Shown here in pieces: positions 48,620 through 60,907 of a stretch of DNA of 64,000 nt. The DNA lies in the NCBI RefSeq assembly GCF_006345805.1, contig NC_043006.1, positions 50,902,001 to 50,966,000 on the forward strand. Direction: 5' to 3'. Each line of letters starts with the position of its first letter. The first letter of the stretch is position 1. The notes under the pieces are model-generated. The model was given only the letters and a program-made list of their open reading frames with translations. It ran no database searches and was not told where the DNA came from. The translations under genes and the position numbers were made by a program. The stretch is from Octopus sinensis (lineage: Eukaryota).

Positions 48620-49378
48620 GGCATGAATATAGGTAGAGGGTATAATGGTGAATGATATTTACATGAGTTTATGAATTTTTCCATAGATAACGATCTTACT
48701 GTTGACGTAAGGAGCGCGGAGATGGTCATGGAAGAGAGAAAGAGCAACAGTGTGAGATCATTGACTTTGCCATCCCGTATGATAGAATAATGGATATCAA
48801 AGAGACTGAGAAATTGGAAAAAAATATCAGGATCCAGGTAATGGTGTAAAAAGAATGTGAAACACAAGGGTGAAAATTGTTGTCCTTGTTATTGATGTAC
48901 TCGGCAGAACATTCAAATCATCATCTAAGAATCTGAAGGGTACTGAAATTAAGATATGTTTTATTAACATGCAAAAATGAGCCATATTTATTCCGCGAGA
49001 ACTCTAAAACAACATTTCTGATTTGAGGAGACTTGTCACCAAATGCCAGGGCAATATCTCTGCTAATTAATTAGCAAGTAATAGCTTTTGTATAATAATA
49101 ACATCAGTAACAACAAAGACAACAACAACAACAACAATAATAACAACAACAGCAATAATAATCTTTTCTACGATAGGCACAAGGCCTGAAAGTTTTTGGG
49201 AAGGAGGTTAGTCGATTACGTCGACCCCAGTACTTTACTGGTACTGAATTTATAGACTCCGAAATGATGAAAGGCAAAGTCGACCTCGGCAGAACTTGAA
49301 CTCAGAACGTAGAAACGCGAAAAACACCGATAAGAATTTCACCCGGCATGCTAGCGATTCTGCCAGCTCGCTGATTTA

Positions 49379-49411
<33 letters not shown>

Positions 49412-49957
49412 TAATAATAATAATGATAATAATAATAATAATAATAACAATAATAATGACAATATAGCAAGGATTGTCCATTGGACACTTTGCAACAAGT
49501 ATGGACTTGACAGAGCAAAACAGTGGTACGAGCATAAACCCGAAGGCATCATCGAAAATGATAATGCCTTTGGGATTTTATGATTCAGTGCGACCATGAG
49601 ATAGAGAATAGGTAGCCAGACATAGTCTTAATTGAGAAAGAAAGCAAACTATGCTGGATCATAGATATAGCATACCCAGCTGACAACAAAGTGTGCGATA
49701 AGGAAGAACGAAAAGTCGATAGATATAGTAGGTTAGCTTCGGAGGTTAAGCAGTTGTGATCGCTGAAAAAGGTGGTACTAATAATTGTCGGAGCCCTGGG
49801 AACAGTGAGTAAAAATCTTGAGAAGTACATGGAACAAGTAAGGGTGGAGCATTCGCAGAAAACAGCACTGTTTGGAACCGCTTGAATATTCCGGATGGTG
49901 CTCGAAAAATAAGGGTGTTATCTTAGTTCACTGGTATTATTATTATTATTATTATTA

Positions 49958-49999
<42 letters not shown>

Positions 50000-50954
50000 A
50001 GCAATGAGCTGACACCGTAGTACATCTCAAGCGTTAGAAGCTGTGCAATGACAATAGAATAATAAAACAACAACAACAGCAACAAGGACGACAACAACAA
50101 CAACAACAATAATAATATAGTAATACAACGAATACAAAAATCGCCACGATAGGGTAGGACAATATTTACTTTGGAAAATATGTAAACACAACAAAATCAA
50201 CACTCCTGCTTACTGGTATGAACATCATCCTGAGCCAGTGGTTGAAAGTAAAAACGTCCCTATCCTCTGGAATTTTCCAGTCAACACTGACAGAGCGATC
50301 TTGGCTAATCGACCTGACATAATTATTAAAGACAGGGAAGAAAATACTTGTAGACTGATAGATGTAAGTGTTCCCGCTGATAAAATATATCTGTCAAGTA
50401 AATAAAAGGACCTGGAAATTGAAATACAAAAGATGTGGCATCTTAAAGCGAGAACTGTTCCTGTTATCGTAGGTATCCTAGGTATGGTAAGAAAGGGATG
50501 TCAGAAACATCTATATAAGATCTCAGGAGAACCATGTCTCAGAGAAATCCAAAAGATTGTGCTGACAAGTACTTTCCACATCCTTAGATAAAACCCTATC
50601 CATTTAAATGTCTGTGTTGTATTACTTGAAAATATTTCGCTACCATCCCTTCCCAAGCTTTCAGTCATACAATAACATCTCTTATCTTTCACTCGCCCCA
50701 GGACGCTGGGTGTGTCTCGGCAAGTGACTGTAACAAACGTGCATATTACAACAGCAACAACAACAACAATAACAATAATAATCCATTCTACAGGAAGCAC
50801 AAGGCCTGAAATTTAGGGAAAGGGATTAAGTCGATTACATCGGCCCCAGTGCGTAACTGGTACTAATTTTATCGACCCCGAAAAAACATAGCGGCAAAAT
50901 AATTGCCGCTAAGCATTTCGTCCAGCGTGCTAACGATTCTGCCAGCTCATTGCT

Positions 50955-51008
<54 letters not shown>

Positions 51009-51853
51009 TAATGATAATAATAATAATATAGGTTATATAAATGAAAAACTAGACAGCGTTAGTGTTACTCTAAGTGAATGTAGCATGCTGGCACAGGAAG
51101 AAAACAAGAAAAAACATGACAGCCTAGGGAGAATAATCCACTGGGAGTTATGTAAAATGTTCGGATTTAACTATACTGATAAATGGGATGAACCTAGTAA
51201 CATGCTAAAAAAACCTAGTAAAATGCTAGAAAACAAAAAATATAAGATGTTGCGAGATTTCAACATTCAGACTGACAGAGTAATAGTAGCTAGAAGGATT
51301 GATTTAGTAGCAGTAGACAAAGAGAATAGAAAGTATTAGATAATTGGCTTTACAGTCTGAAATGATGAGAAAGTCAATGTGAGAGGTATGAAAAAAATAG
51401 CAGAGCACCAGGACCTAGCCATTGAAATTACAGAGACTATGGAAAGTGCGCGTAAAAGGTGTCTCTGTAGTTATAGGTGCATTAGGAACTATCCCTAAAT
51501 ATTTGAAGAGATGGATAGAGGAAATAGGCATAAAACCCAGATTAATGCAGTTCTAGAAAACAGTGTTATTAGGGATAGCTAGGATACTTAGGAGGGTTCT
51601 TGTCATCTAAGGTTACTTGCTGTAGCCTGATGTTAAGGCTAATCTGTTGTGTATAAATGAAAATAACAAAAACAAAAACAACAACAACAACAACATCAAT
51701 AATAATAATAATAATAGCATTGCTCGGAACTGCAAAATATCTTCGCAGGGTTCTTGAAGCATGACCAGTAAACAAGTGTCACCTTAGTCTTCTGGCTTTG
51801 GACAGCTGACACTTTCCATCATATCCAGCAAAATAAGTTGTGAGATTTAATAC

Positions 51854-51894
<41 letters not shown>

Positions 51895-52370
51895 TAATCC
51901 TTTCTACTGAAGGCATAAGGCCTAAAATTTTGGGTGAGGGGACTAGTCAATTACATCGACCTCAGTACATGACTGGTACTTAATTTATCGACCCCAAAAG
52001 GATGAAAGACAAAGTCGACCTCGGAGGAATTTGAACTCAGAACGTAAAGACGGACGAAATACCGCTAAGCTTTTTGTCCGGCGTGCTAACGATTATGTCT
52101 GCTCGCCGCCTTAATAATGATAATGATGATGATGATGATTGATGTATCCTTTGTACCAATATCAAAGATGGTATTAAATCTCTAAATGAAATGAAGGAAC
52201 CACCCGCATACAAAGATCTGAAAAATAGAGATAAACAGAATGTGAGATTGAAAAAAGAAACACTTTCCATAATGAGATGCATTGGGGACGATTAAAAAGA
52301 TGCAAACAAGGATATAACCAAATTCCAAGACTAGGAAAAGATAACATTACTAGGTACTTACGTAGATTAC
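48620..52370 (+). mobile_element. Cluster of six R4/Dong-like RLE 3' fragments (about 48620-48960, 49458-50060, 50146-50745, 51030-51660, 51715-51860 and 52136-52370)
   Basis: Each gives RLE motifs (e.g. IIDFAIPYD..KETEK; HDRVGQYL.W...NRPDIIIKD...IDVSVPAD; HDSLGRIIHWELC...QTDRVIVARR.D); all are plus strand and separated by (AAT/AAC)n and SINEs. Confidence 0.8.
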
Positions 52371-52526
52371 TTTCACTTAACTGGTCCGGGACAGAGATTT
52401 CGAATCCATGTGTTTATATGTTCGATCAACTAAACTATCAGGATTAGTGTGTAGGTGGCTGAGTATTACCCAGTTTGAGCATAGCACAATGACTGTAACA
52501 AGTAATATATATATATATATATTATA

Positions 52527-52557
<31 letters not shown>

Positions 52558-52563
52558 ATATAT

Positions 52564-52646
<83 letters not shown>

Positions 52647-52681
52647 TATTATATATATATATATAATATATATATATATAT

Positions 52682-52734
<53 letters not shown>

Positions 52735-53185
52735 TAATATATATATATATATATTATATATATATATATATAATATATATATATATACACATATATATAT
52801 ATATATAATATATATATATAGATATATATATATATATATATATAACTTCATTTTTTACAAATATACATATATATATATTTAATACCATCTTTGATATTGG
52901 TATAAAGGATACATCAATCATCATCATCATCATCATCATTATTATTATTAAGGCGGCGAGGAGACATAATCGTTAGCACGCCGGGCAAAATGCTTAACGG
53001 CATTTCGTTTGTCTTTACGTTCTGAGTTCAAATTCCACCGAGGTCGACTTGGTATATCATCCTTTCGGATCGATAAATTAAGCACCAGTGAAACACTGGA
53101 GTCGACATAATCGATAATCCCCCACCCCCGCAAAACTTCAGGCCTTGTGCCTTTAGGAGAAAGGATTATCATTATTAACAAGGCG

Positions 53186-53237
<52 letters not shown>

Positions 53238-54796
53238 TGTGTGTGTGGTTAGCGTTAATGGTTTCGATTTCCGGACCCGGGTTGTGTTTCTGAGCAAAAC
53301 ACTTTTATTTCGCATCGCTCGGAGATCATTTCGTCATTTGCACATGTAAAGGCAATGTCGATTTGAAGGAGGGAATGAGTTCAGGTACATCACAATTAAA
53401 GAAATCATCTGTGTGGTTGTTTAGGAAGAAATTGCGAGACCCTCACCCCTCGTATAACGACGGGTAAGTCTATAATTATAATGGTTTGAAATTTTGGTGC
53501 AAGGTCAGAAACTGTAAAAGAGGGGAAGTCGATTACATCGTCTCCGATGTCCAACTGGTCCCTATTTTATCGAATATGAAAGGCAAAGTCATTCTCGGAA
53601 TCTGTCCTTACAGACGGAATACCGGCATGCTAACGGTTCTGCCAGTTCGGCGCCTAGTCTTCATATAAATAATAATAATAATCCTTTCTACTAAAGGCAC
53701 GAAACCTGAAATTTGGGGTAGGGGCCAAATACAAGTTCTGAAATGTGGTGGGGTCAAACGCAAAAAGAAAGGCACACACATATACGACAGGTTTCTTTTT
53801 TCTTTTTTGCAGTTTTTGCCTACCAAATCTACTCACAAGGGCTTTAGTCGGCCCGGGTTATTATAGGAGACACTTGCTCAAGGCGTCAAGATGTGTAACT
53901 GAACCCAGAACACTGTGGTTGTTAAGCAAATTTCATACTACACAGCCTATTTCTTTCCTGGTTGCTTTAAAATTGGTTTGCTCATAATTCTGCTTTATCA
54001 GAATTGATTCTGGCTTAAAAGCAACGACAGTAATAACAACCCAACTAGGTACCTATGTACAATTTTATTAAAATGGCCAACATAAATTAAGATATTTTGA
54101 TTAAGTACAAAATATAGTGCCGATGACAGGGTTCGAACCATTGAGCTACCATTTTGGAAGTTCAGTAATCTGACAACTTTGGTAGGTAAAATACACACAT
54201 GTATATCAACGTGACTGTTATACCACCTCCGTAGTTACATAATAGTTCCCGTTTTTAGTATAAAAGAAGATCTTTGTGTTGGTTCGAGGACTTGTTAATC
54301 ACCGGTTAAACAGAAAGCGAAATCATTATTCTTTTTGATATAAATAAATCCCGGATTTTCTTACATTTACTATCGAAGGTTACAGTTCAGAAAAGTGACG
54401 TAGTATCATCATTCAACGTCAAGGCCGTACAATTTGAAAGGTGAAATAACTTTTACAATAGATTGTGTGAATCAAAAATGTTAAAATACATAGAACAATA
54501 GAACATTGCCCAACCTTTTGCCGCTGCATTTACAAGGGTTTTATTTTTAATTACGTAAGTTAATTCCTTTATTTTTGCCACTCCTTTAGTTCCTGCATCT
54601 ATTGTGATTTTATTTTCCATCAGCCTACATATTTTTTAGTTTAAAAACAATTCCACCGTCCTACATATAATTTCTCCAGTTTAAGAACAAAGTAAGGGAT
54701 TGTCTTTTCAGTAGCCCACTTGTTTTTGTTTCATTGAATCGTAGACAAAAAGTTCCTTAGAAAAGACTATATTCATTTTAAAGGCACATCTCTGCC

Positions 54797-54832
54797 TATA
54801 AAAACAGAAGAGTTACCTCACAAAATCAGTCA
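54797..54832 (+). promoter_or_regulatory. TATA box (TATAAAA 54797-54803) and initiator TCAGTC (A at 54828)
   Basis: Textbook -31 spacing between TATA and Inr, followed about 94 nt later by a strong donor CAG|GTAAGT. Confidence 0.7.
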
Positions 54833-54921
54833 GCGCTTTCTGTTCTTCGCCAGAAACACCGCACCAACTCACTTTACATCGCATCAGTATTTTCCACGTC
54901 AATCTGTCAGTTAATACACAG
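54828..54921 (+). other. Non-coding first exon of the Ala/Pro/Val-rich secreted protein gene
   Basis: Starts at Inr and ends CACAG|GTAAGT at 54921; the next good acceptor before an ATG is TTTTTCTCGGCAG at 60845. The linkage is inferred. Confidence 0.6.
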
Positions 54922-55139
54922 GTAAGTTTTCTTTTTTATATTTTGGTAAAAAGGAGGTAGACTTGACCGAGCATCGGACAAAGTCCATCAAAGTGTTTAT
55001 CGTACAACTGTTTTGTGAATTTATTATGAAACCGTTTAGGATCAAGAAACAAAGTTACTAACCTAATATCGGGTACGATGCATAATCGATTGCTTCAGGT
55101 CCCTACAATAGATTTCTAGCCCTGTACTTATATTATAAA

Positions 55140-55353
55140 TACTCTTTTACTTGTTTCAGTCATTTGACTGTGGCCATGCTGGAACACCGCCTTTAGTCGA
55201 GCAAATCGATCCCAGGACTTATTCTTTGTAAGCCTAGTACTTATTCTATCGGTCTTTTGCCGAACCGCTAAGTTATGGGGACGTAAAGACACCAGCATCG
55301 GTTGTCAAGCGATGTTGGGGGACAAACACAGACACACAAACATACACATATAC

Positions 55354-55411
<58 letters not shown>

Positions 55412-55570
55412 ACGACGGGCTTCTTCAGTTTCTGTCTACCAAATCCACTCACAAGTCTGATCGGCCCGAGGCTATAGTAGAAGACACTTGCCCAAGGTGC
55501 CACGCAGTGGGACTAAACCCAGAACCATGTTGTTGGTTAGCAAACTACTTACCACACAGCTACTCCTGCT
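55140..55570 (-). mobile_element. Family C SINE, full-length minus-strand copy
   Basis: Reverse complement of the 59672 element, including the internal (TA)n. Confidence 0.85.
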
Positions 55571-56804
55571 ATTTTAAATTAATATTTGATAAGCGCTAAT
55601 TGGAGACCTTGCTAAAGACCTTCACATGGAAATTTATGCTTCAATTAATTTATTTATGAAAAAGTTAGAATACTAAAAAGCAAGTAACAACAATGTTTAA
55701 TTGAATCACATGATACAATCGGAACGCGCAGCACTTTGCGCTTGACGTTTTAGCAACCGTGAGAAAGTACTAGTTCACGTTCTTTTTAAATACGAGATTG
55801 ATGCAACAGGTAGTTGTTCAACAATAATAATAATAATGCTGCTAAGAGTAAAAGTAATATTACGATTTGTGAACATAAATATGGAGTATAGTTTATTTCT
55901 GTCTGGGAAAGAGCAACATATCGGAGAAACTCCGGGCAGTAGGTCACTGTGTCAGCATAACATTATAATATTTATTGTATTTGTGTAACATTCTCCTTTT
56001 TTCCGTCCTTATTTTCGCATACATTCGCTGCTTTCTTCCAAGGAATCTAATGCTCTTAGCTTAGTTTTTCCTTGGAGCTGACCAGATTGCAGCAAGCTCG
56101 AGTATAATCAGCCGAAATTTCGAAGGTAATCTGGTACTCGACTGAGGAAAGAAAACTCCGAATGACCCGTCCTTGTTTGAATGTTTTATTGTCCCATTTT
56201 GTATTATATATATATTACGCCTATATCGAGAAATTTTCTGCACGATAAAACACGGCGAATGACTTGTTCACAAGTCCGAACATGCTCTTAGCAAATTCGA
56301 ACTGGTATATTAACACTGTATTTTTACTTATCACCGCTTAGCGCAATCACCCCGTTATTTAATTACGACGAACCGTCGATTTGCGCTACCAGCCGACGTA
56401 TGTTGATTGGAAAAACAGAAGAGAGATTGAAAAAGTTAGAATACTAAAAAGCAAGTAATAACAATGATTAATTGAATCACATGACACAATCGGAACGTGC
56501 AACACTTTGTACTTGACAAAAACAGAAGAGATTGTCTCTCTTATCAGCTCACTGCGCCACCGCCCGGTTTCTTTGACTGAAAAGGAGATAACTACTCCGA
56601 AATGTTTGCATCTTACAGTCTGGATAGGCGTCACTGCGAGCTGATTTGGGTGTATTTTACGCCGTATGTCCACAGCGAGAAATTTTCTCCATGACAAAAC
56701 ACGGTGAATGACTTGTTTACCAGTCCGAACGTACTCTTAGCATATTCGAACCGGTATTAACATTGTATTTTAACTTATCGTCTCTTAGCGCACTCACCTC
56801 GTAA

Positions 56805-56851
<47 letters not shown>

Positions 56852-56855
<4 letters not shown>

Positions 56856-57535
56856 AATATAACAAGAAGGGTAGTAATATTATTTACTACCAGGTGCCCA
56901 GCACAAAAGACGAATTAGTCATAAGACAAAAATATTATTCATATAGAAAAATATTATTCATGTAGTTATACAATTAAGGGCTCCTAAATTAAGATGCCGA
57001 GTGCTGGGAACACAAAAAGGGGATGAATTTATCGAGAGTGAAAATCAAAAACGTTTACCGATAACTTTAACAACTCGAACCGCACGGTTTCTGCTTCTTT
57101 CTAGCAAAACACAGAATATGTTTGCTAAGGCTAGCTTCGTCAGCGAGTCGCCTAAATTTAATCGAGGTCTGCAGCGATGTGGGACCATGTGTTGATCTCG
57201 ACTACTAGCAGATCTTAACTTTTCAAATCTCTGCGCAGACGCAAAACTTACACGGCAGTATAGGGCATGCCGGGAAGAATTTTACGAATAAATCCATCAT
57301 GTAATATGCGAATATAAACAAGAAGGGTAGTAATATTATTTACTACCAGGTGCCCAGCACAAAAGACGAATTAGTCATAAGACAAAAATATTATTCATAT
57401 AGAAAAATATTATTCATGTAGTTATACAATTAAGGGCTCCTAAATTAAGATGCCGAGTGCTGGGAACACAAAAAGGGGATGAATTTATCGAGAGTGAAAA
57501 TCAAAAACGTTTACCGAGGAGCCCTTAATTGTATA

Positions 57536-57542
<7 letters not shown>
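56852..57542. repeat. 210-bp near-identical direct repeat (56852-57061, 57307-57517) plus a 25-bp terminal inversion (57518-57542)
   Basis: The copies differ by one A; GGAGCCCTTAATTGTATAACTACAT is the exact reverse complement of 57416-57440. Confidence 0.9.
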
Positions 57543-57603
<61 letters not shown>

Positions 57604-57624
57604 ATATATATATGATGGATTCTC

Positions 57625-58150
57625 TCATCGTGAATGACAAATAAGGGTTCGGCGGTGATCATGTCCTATGGACACATATATGTCTCTTGACGCCAATTGG
57701 TGCCTTGCAAACCTTTTGGTAAATGGAACGAGTTGGAAACTCAATTTATTCGAGTGCTTGTGGTTCGTATACTATGTGTTTTTTTGAGTGGACGGCAAGG
57801 CCTGCTTTGCTTCGTGCCATAAAGCCACAACGACAGGTAAGGTTTTCATTTAGAGGAGCAGCGTTTTGCCAGCGTGCCTTCATGCTTGCACGTAGTTGCT
57901 CCGATGCTGGGGTCGACTTCATTCAAATCTTTGAACTGAGGAGAAATAGAACTGGCGCCAGTTCTGCGTTCTGATGCGTTGTTTTCCCAGGAAGAAAAGG
58001 GAATATTGTATCGCTTCAGATTATCTTTTTGTATGTCTTTGAAACGCAAGAGTAGCCTTCCAACTGACTTATCTATTGGGAATTGGCCAAAGAGAAGTTG
58101 CTTTGGAATTCCGATATCACTCATACGTGAAAGATGACCTGACCATTTAA
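57625..58150 (-). mobile_element. RTE/BovB-like LINE 3' fragment
   Basis: WSGHLSRMSDIGIPKQLLFGQF...VGRLLLRFKD..K.NLK..NI...SWE, followed by a decayed C-terminal Cys/His segment. Confidence 0.8.
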
Positions 58151-58567
58151 CTGTATTTTGATGAGGATGGCTTCAATATTTGATATGTTGCATTTTGTTA
58201 GTACCTCACTGCTGCTATTCACTTAGCAGTGAATATGGAATTTTGATTACGAATGCTATTTTCCAACCTTCCAATTACCACAAAACTATCCGGAAGCATC
58301 CCCGATCCAACCATTACCACCTCATTGACTATATAATTATGAGGTCTTGCATGAGAGAAGATGTCTAAGTAACACGTTCTTTCTCCATTGGGTAGTGTTG
58401 ATCTGACCATAAACTGATACAATTAAAGGTGAATTTTAAGACCCGCAGTCCTCGCGCTCGACCAATTCGAAAAGTGTACGGAACAAAGCTAAGGAACAAT
58501 GACAATTTAATCTCATTTCAAACAACCTCTGACAACAAACTTGCTGGCATCTCAGACAACACAGATG

Positions 58568-58598
<31 letters not shown>

Positions 58599-59671
58599 TG
58601 TGTTTGAAAGAAATATGATCCACACACACATATACATATATAAGCCTATAATCTGACGTACAGTAAGGTATATTTACATGCATACAAACACATATTCAGT
58701 AATGGTATTTATATCGAGAAAAAAATAAGAATTAGTATGACTAAAAACAATTCTGAGATTTCTATGCAATTACATTTTATTAAGAACCAATGAATATTTC
58801 AGCAAAAATTACTTGGGTCGAAAGTGTGCAAATCTGTTAAAAAAAAATCAGTCAGTCAGTCAGTCTGTCTGCCTGTCTGTCTGTCTGTCTGTCTGTCTGT
58901 TTAAGTGCCTACCTGCCTGCCTGCCTGCCTGTCTGTCTATCTATCTATCAACCCACCTAGCTATCTAATATATAAGACATATTTACGATGCGATATAATG
59001 TGTGTGTGTGTATAAAATAGTAAAGATAGATTGAAACAGTGTTGTTGCTTTTTGTTTAGCTACAGGCCAAGTATAAAGAAGAGCCATAGTTAAAGACGAT
59101 TCTTCTGAGAAAATTCCATCTTTCGTACTATATTGTCGAGTGTTTTAGTGCCAAATTTAAAATAGATGTATTTGAGGGTAAATCTGGTTTATATTTCTTA
59201 CATTTCCTACAGATGAAACGGCTACGTAGATGCTGCCGCGTTAACTCCGACGATATCTCTCTCTCTCACACACACACACTCAGATTGAAAAAGATAATAA
59301 AAATGCAAAACAATCAGCATTACTCGGAAAGCATTTGAGATCGAGAATATGATTTACTATGGAATCCTTGCACGGTTATTCTAGAAAATAACGTTTATAT
59401 TCTCTATCTAAAATAACATTTTCCGAGTGATGTGAATTGTTTTGCTTTTTCATTTTTATTTTTAATGTATAGCCATCCGCTCAAGGAGAAACTACTTCTA
59501 GCCGCCTTTGACGCGTTCTCAGTACCACATTTTTTAGTTGCAGTTTAAACTGGAGTTTTAGTGGTAAAACAAACTGAGCACTCATTGTACATACCTATCA
59601 TATTACGTCAGTTGACGAAAACTCTGCATATATTCTCTCTCACTCCCCCCTCTCTCTCTATATATATATAT

Positions 59672-59827
59672 GGAGTGGCTGTGTGGTAAGTAGCTTGCTT
59701 ACCAACCACATGGTTCCGGGTTCAGTCCCACTGCGTGGCACCTTGGGCAAGTGTCTTCTACTATAGCCTCGGGCCGACCAAAACTTTGTGAGTAGATTTG
59801 GTAGACGGAAACTGAAAAAAGTCCGTC

Positions 59828-59875
<48 letters not shown>

Positions 59876-59880
59876 GTATG

Positions 59881-59933
<53 letters not shown>

Positions 59934-60135
59934 ATGTCTGTCTGTATTTGTCCCTTCCAACATCGCTTGACAACCGATGCTGGTGTATTTACGTCCCCGT
60001 AATTTAGCGGTTCGGCAAAAGAAACTGATAGAATAAGTACTAGGCTTACAAAGACTAAGTCCCGAGGTCGATCTGCTCGACTAAAGGCGGCACTCCAGCA
60101 TGACCGCAGCCAAAAGATTGAAACAAGTAAAAGAA
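59672..60135 (+). mobile_element. tRNA-derived SINE, family C (CORE-like CCTTGGGCAAGTGTCTT core; internal TA/TG microsatellite), full length
   Basis: GGCTGTGTGGTAAG...GGGTTCAGTCCC head; full minus-strand copy at about 55140-55570; fragments at about 18690-18840, 34125-34245, 38450-38780, 40375-40470, 47450-47800 and 53770-53945. Confidence 0.85.
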
Positions 60136-60855
60136 ATAAAAGAAATATATATGACAGGCAAAATAAGAGATGAAAGTGGTAACCATATTGAGAAGTAATG
60201 CTTATCGCCCCTTCATCATGGCTGTTACGTAGGAATCGACGTTACTATCATGTTTACCACCAAGAGGAGGCCTCCTCTTGCTGGTTATCGATGCAATCTG
60301 CACCTGATATATATTGCAAATATTGGAGCGAATCCCTGCCATCTTCTAGCGACGACGGCATGATAGTAACGTCGGTTCCTACGGAACAACTATGAACTAC
60401 CGATAAACATTACTTCTCAGTATATTTACTACTTTCATCTCTTATAGTGATTTTCTACCTTGCTATTTTGCTTGTTGCAAGATCAGTGACTGGCTGTCAC
60501 TTATTTTTCTATATATTGCCAGCTGGAACGAACTACTGCTATCTCTAGCGGACTGTCTCCACCACTGAGAATGAGCACAAATAGCTCGAAACCGGACGGT
60601 CTAGCAGTCCGGTCGTTGTCAGTAGAAGATAGTAGGAGTTCGGTCCTCTGCTTGCAATACATATCGGGTGCATATTTGCATCGATAGCCAGCTGGAAGAG
60701 GCCTCCTCTTGGGGTTAAACATAGAACAGCTATGATGAAGTAGCGATAAACATTACTTCCACACTCACTCACTCACTCACTCAAACACATATGTATGTGT
60801 ATATGGTAATATATATGTATATCACTGTTTTATTTTTCTCGGCAGGTAACTAGAA

Positions 60856-60907
60856 ATGGCTCCTCATATGTCTCTACTGGTTTCCATTCTTTCCATAATT
60901 GCAATTG
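60856..60907 (+). CDS. Signal-peptide exon (MAPHMSLLVSILSIIAI-V) of the Ala/Pro/Val-rich secreted protein
   Basis: ATG 60856 in an exon starting at 60846; donor TTG|GTAAGT phase 1 matches the phase-1 acceptor at 63467, giving ...IIAIVHA/KPV, a plausible signal peptidase site. Confidence 0.8.

Noticed and set aside
57112-57150. Minus-strand CTGACGA-A-GCTA(GCCT)TAGC-AAAC
   Set aside because: G12 of GAAA is missing and there are no stems I or III
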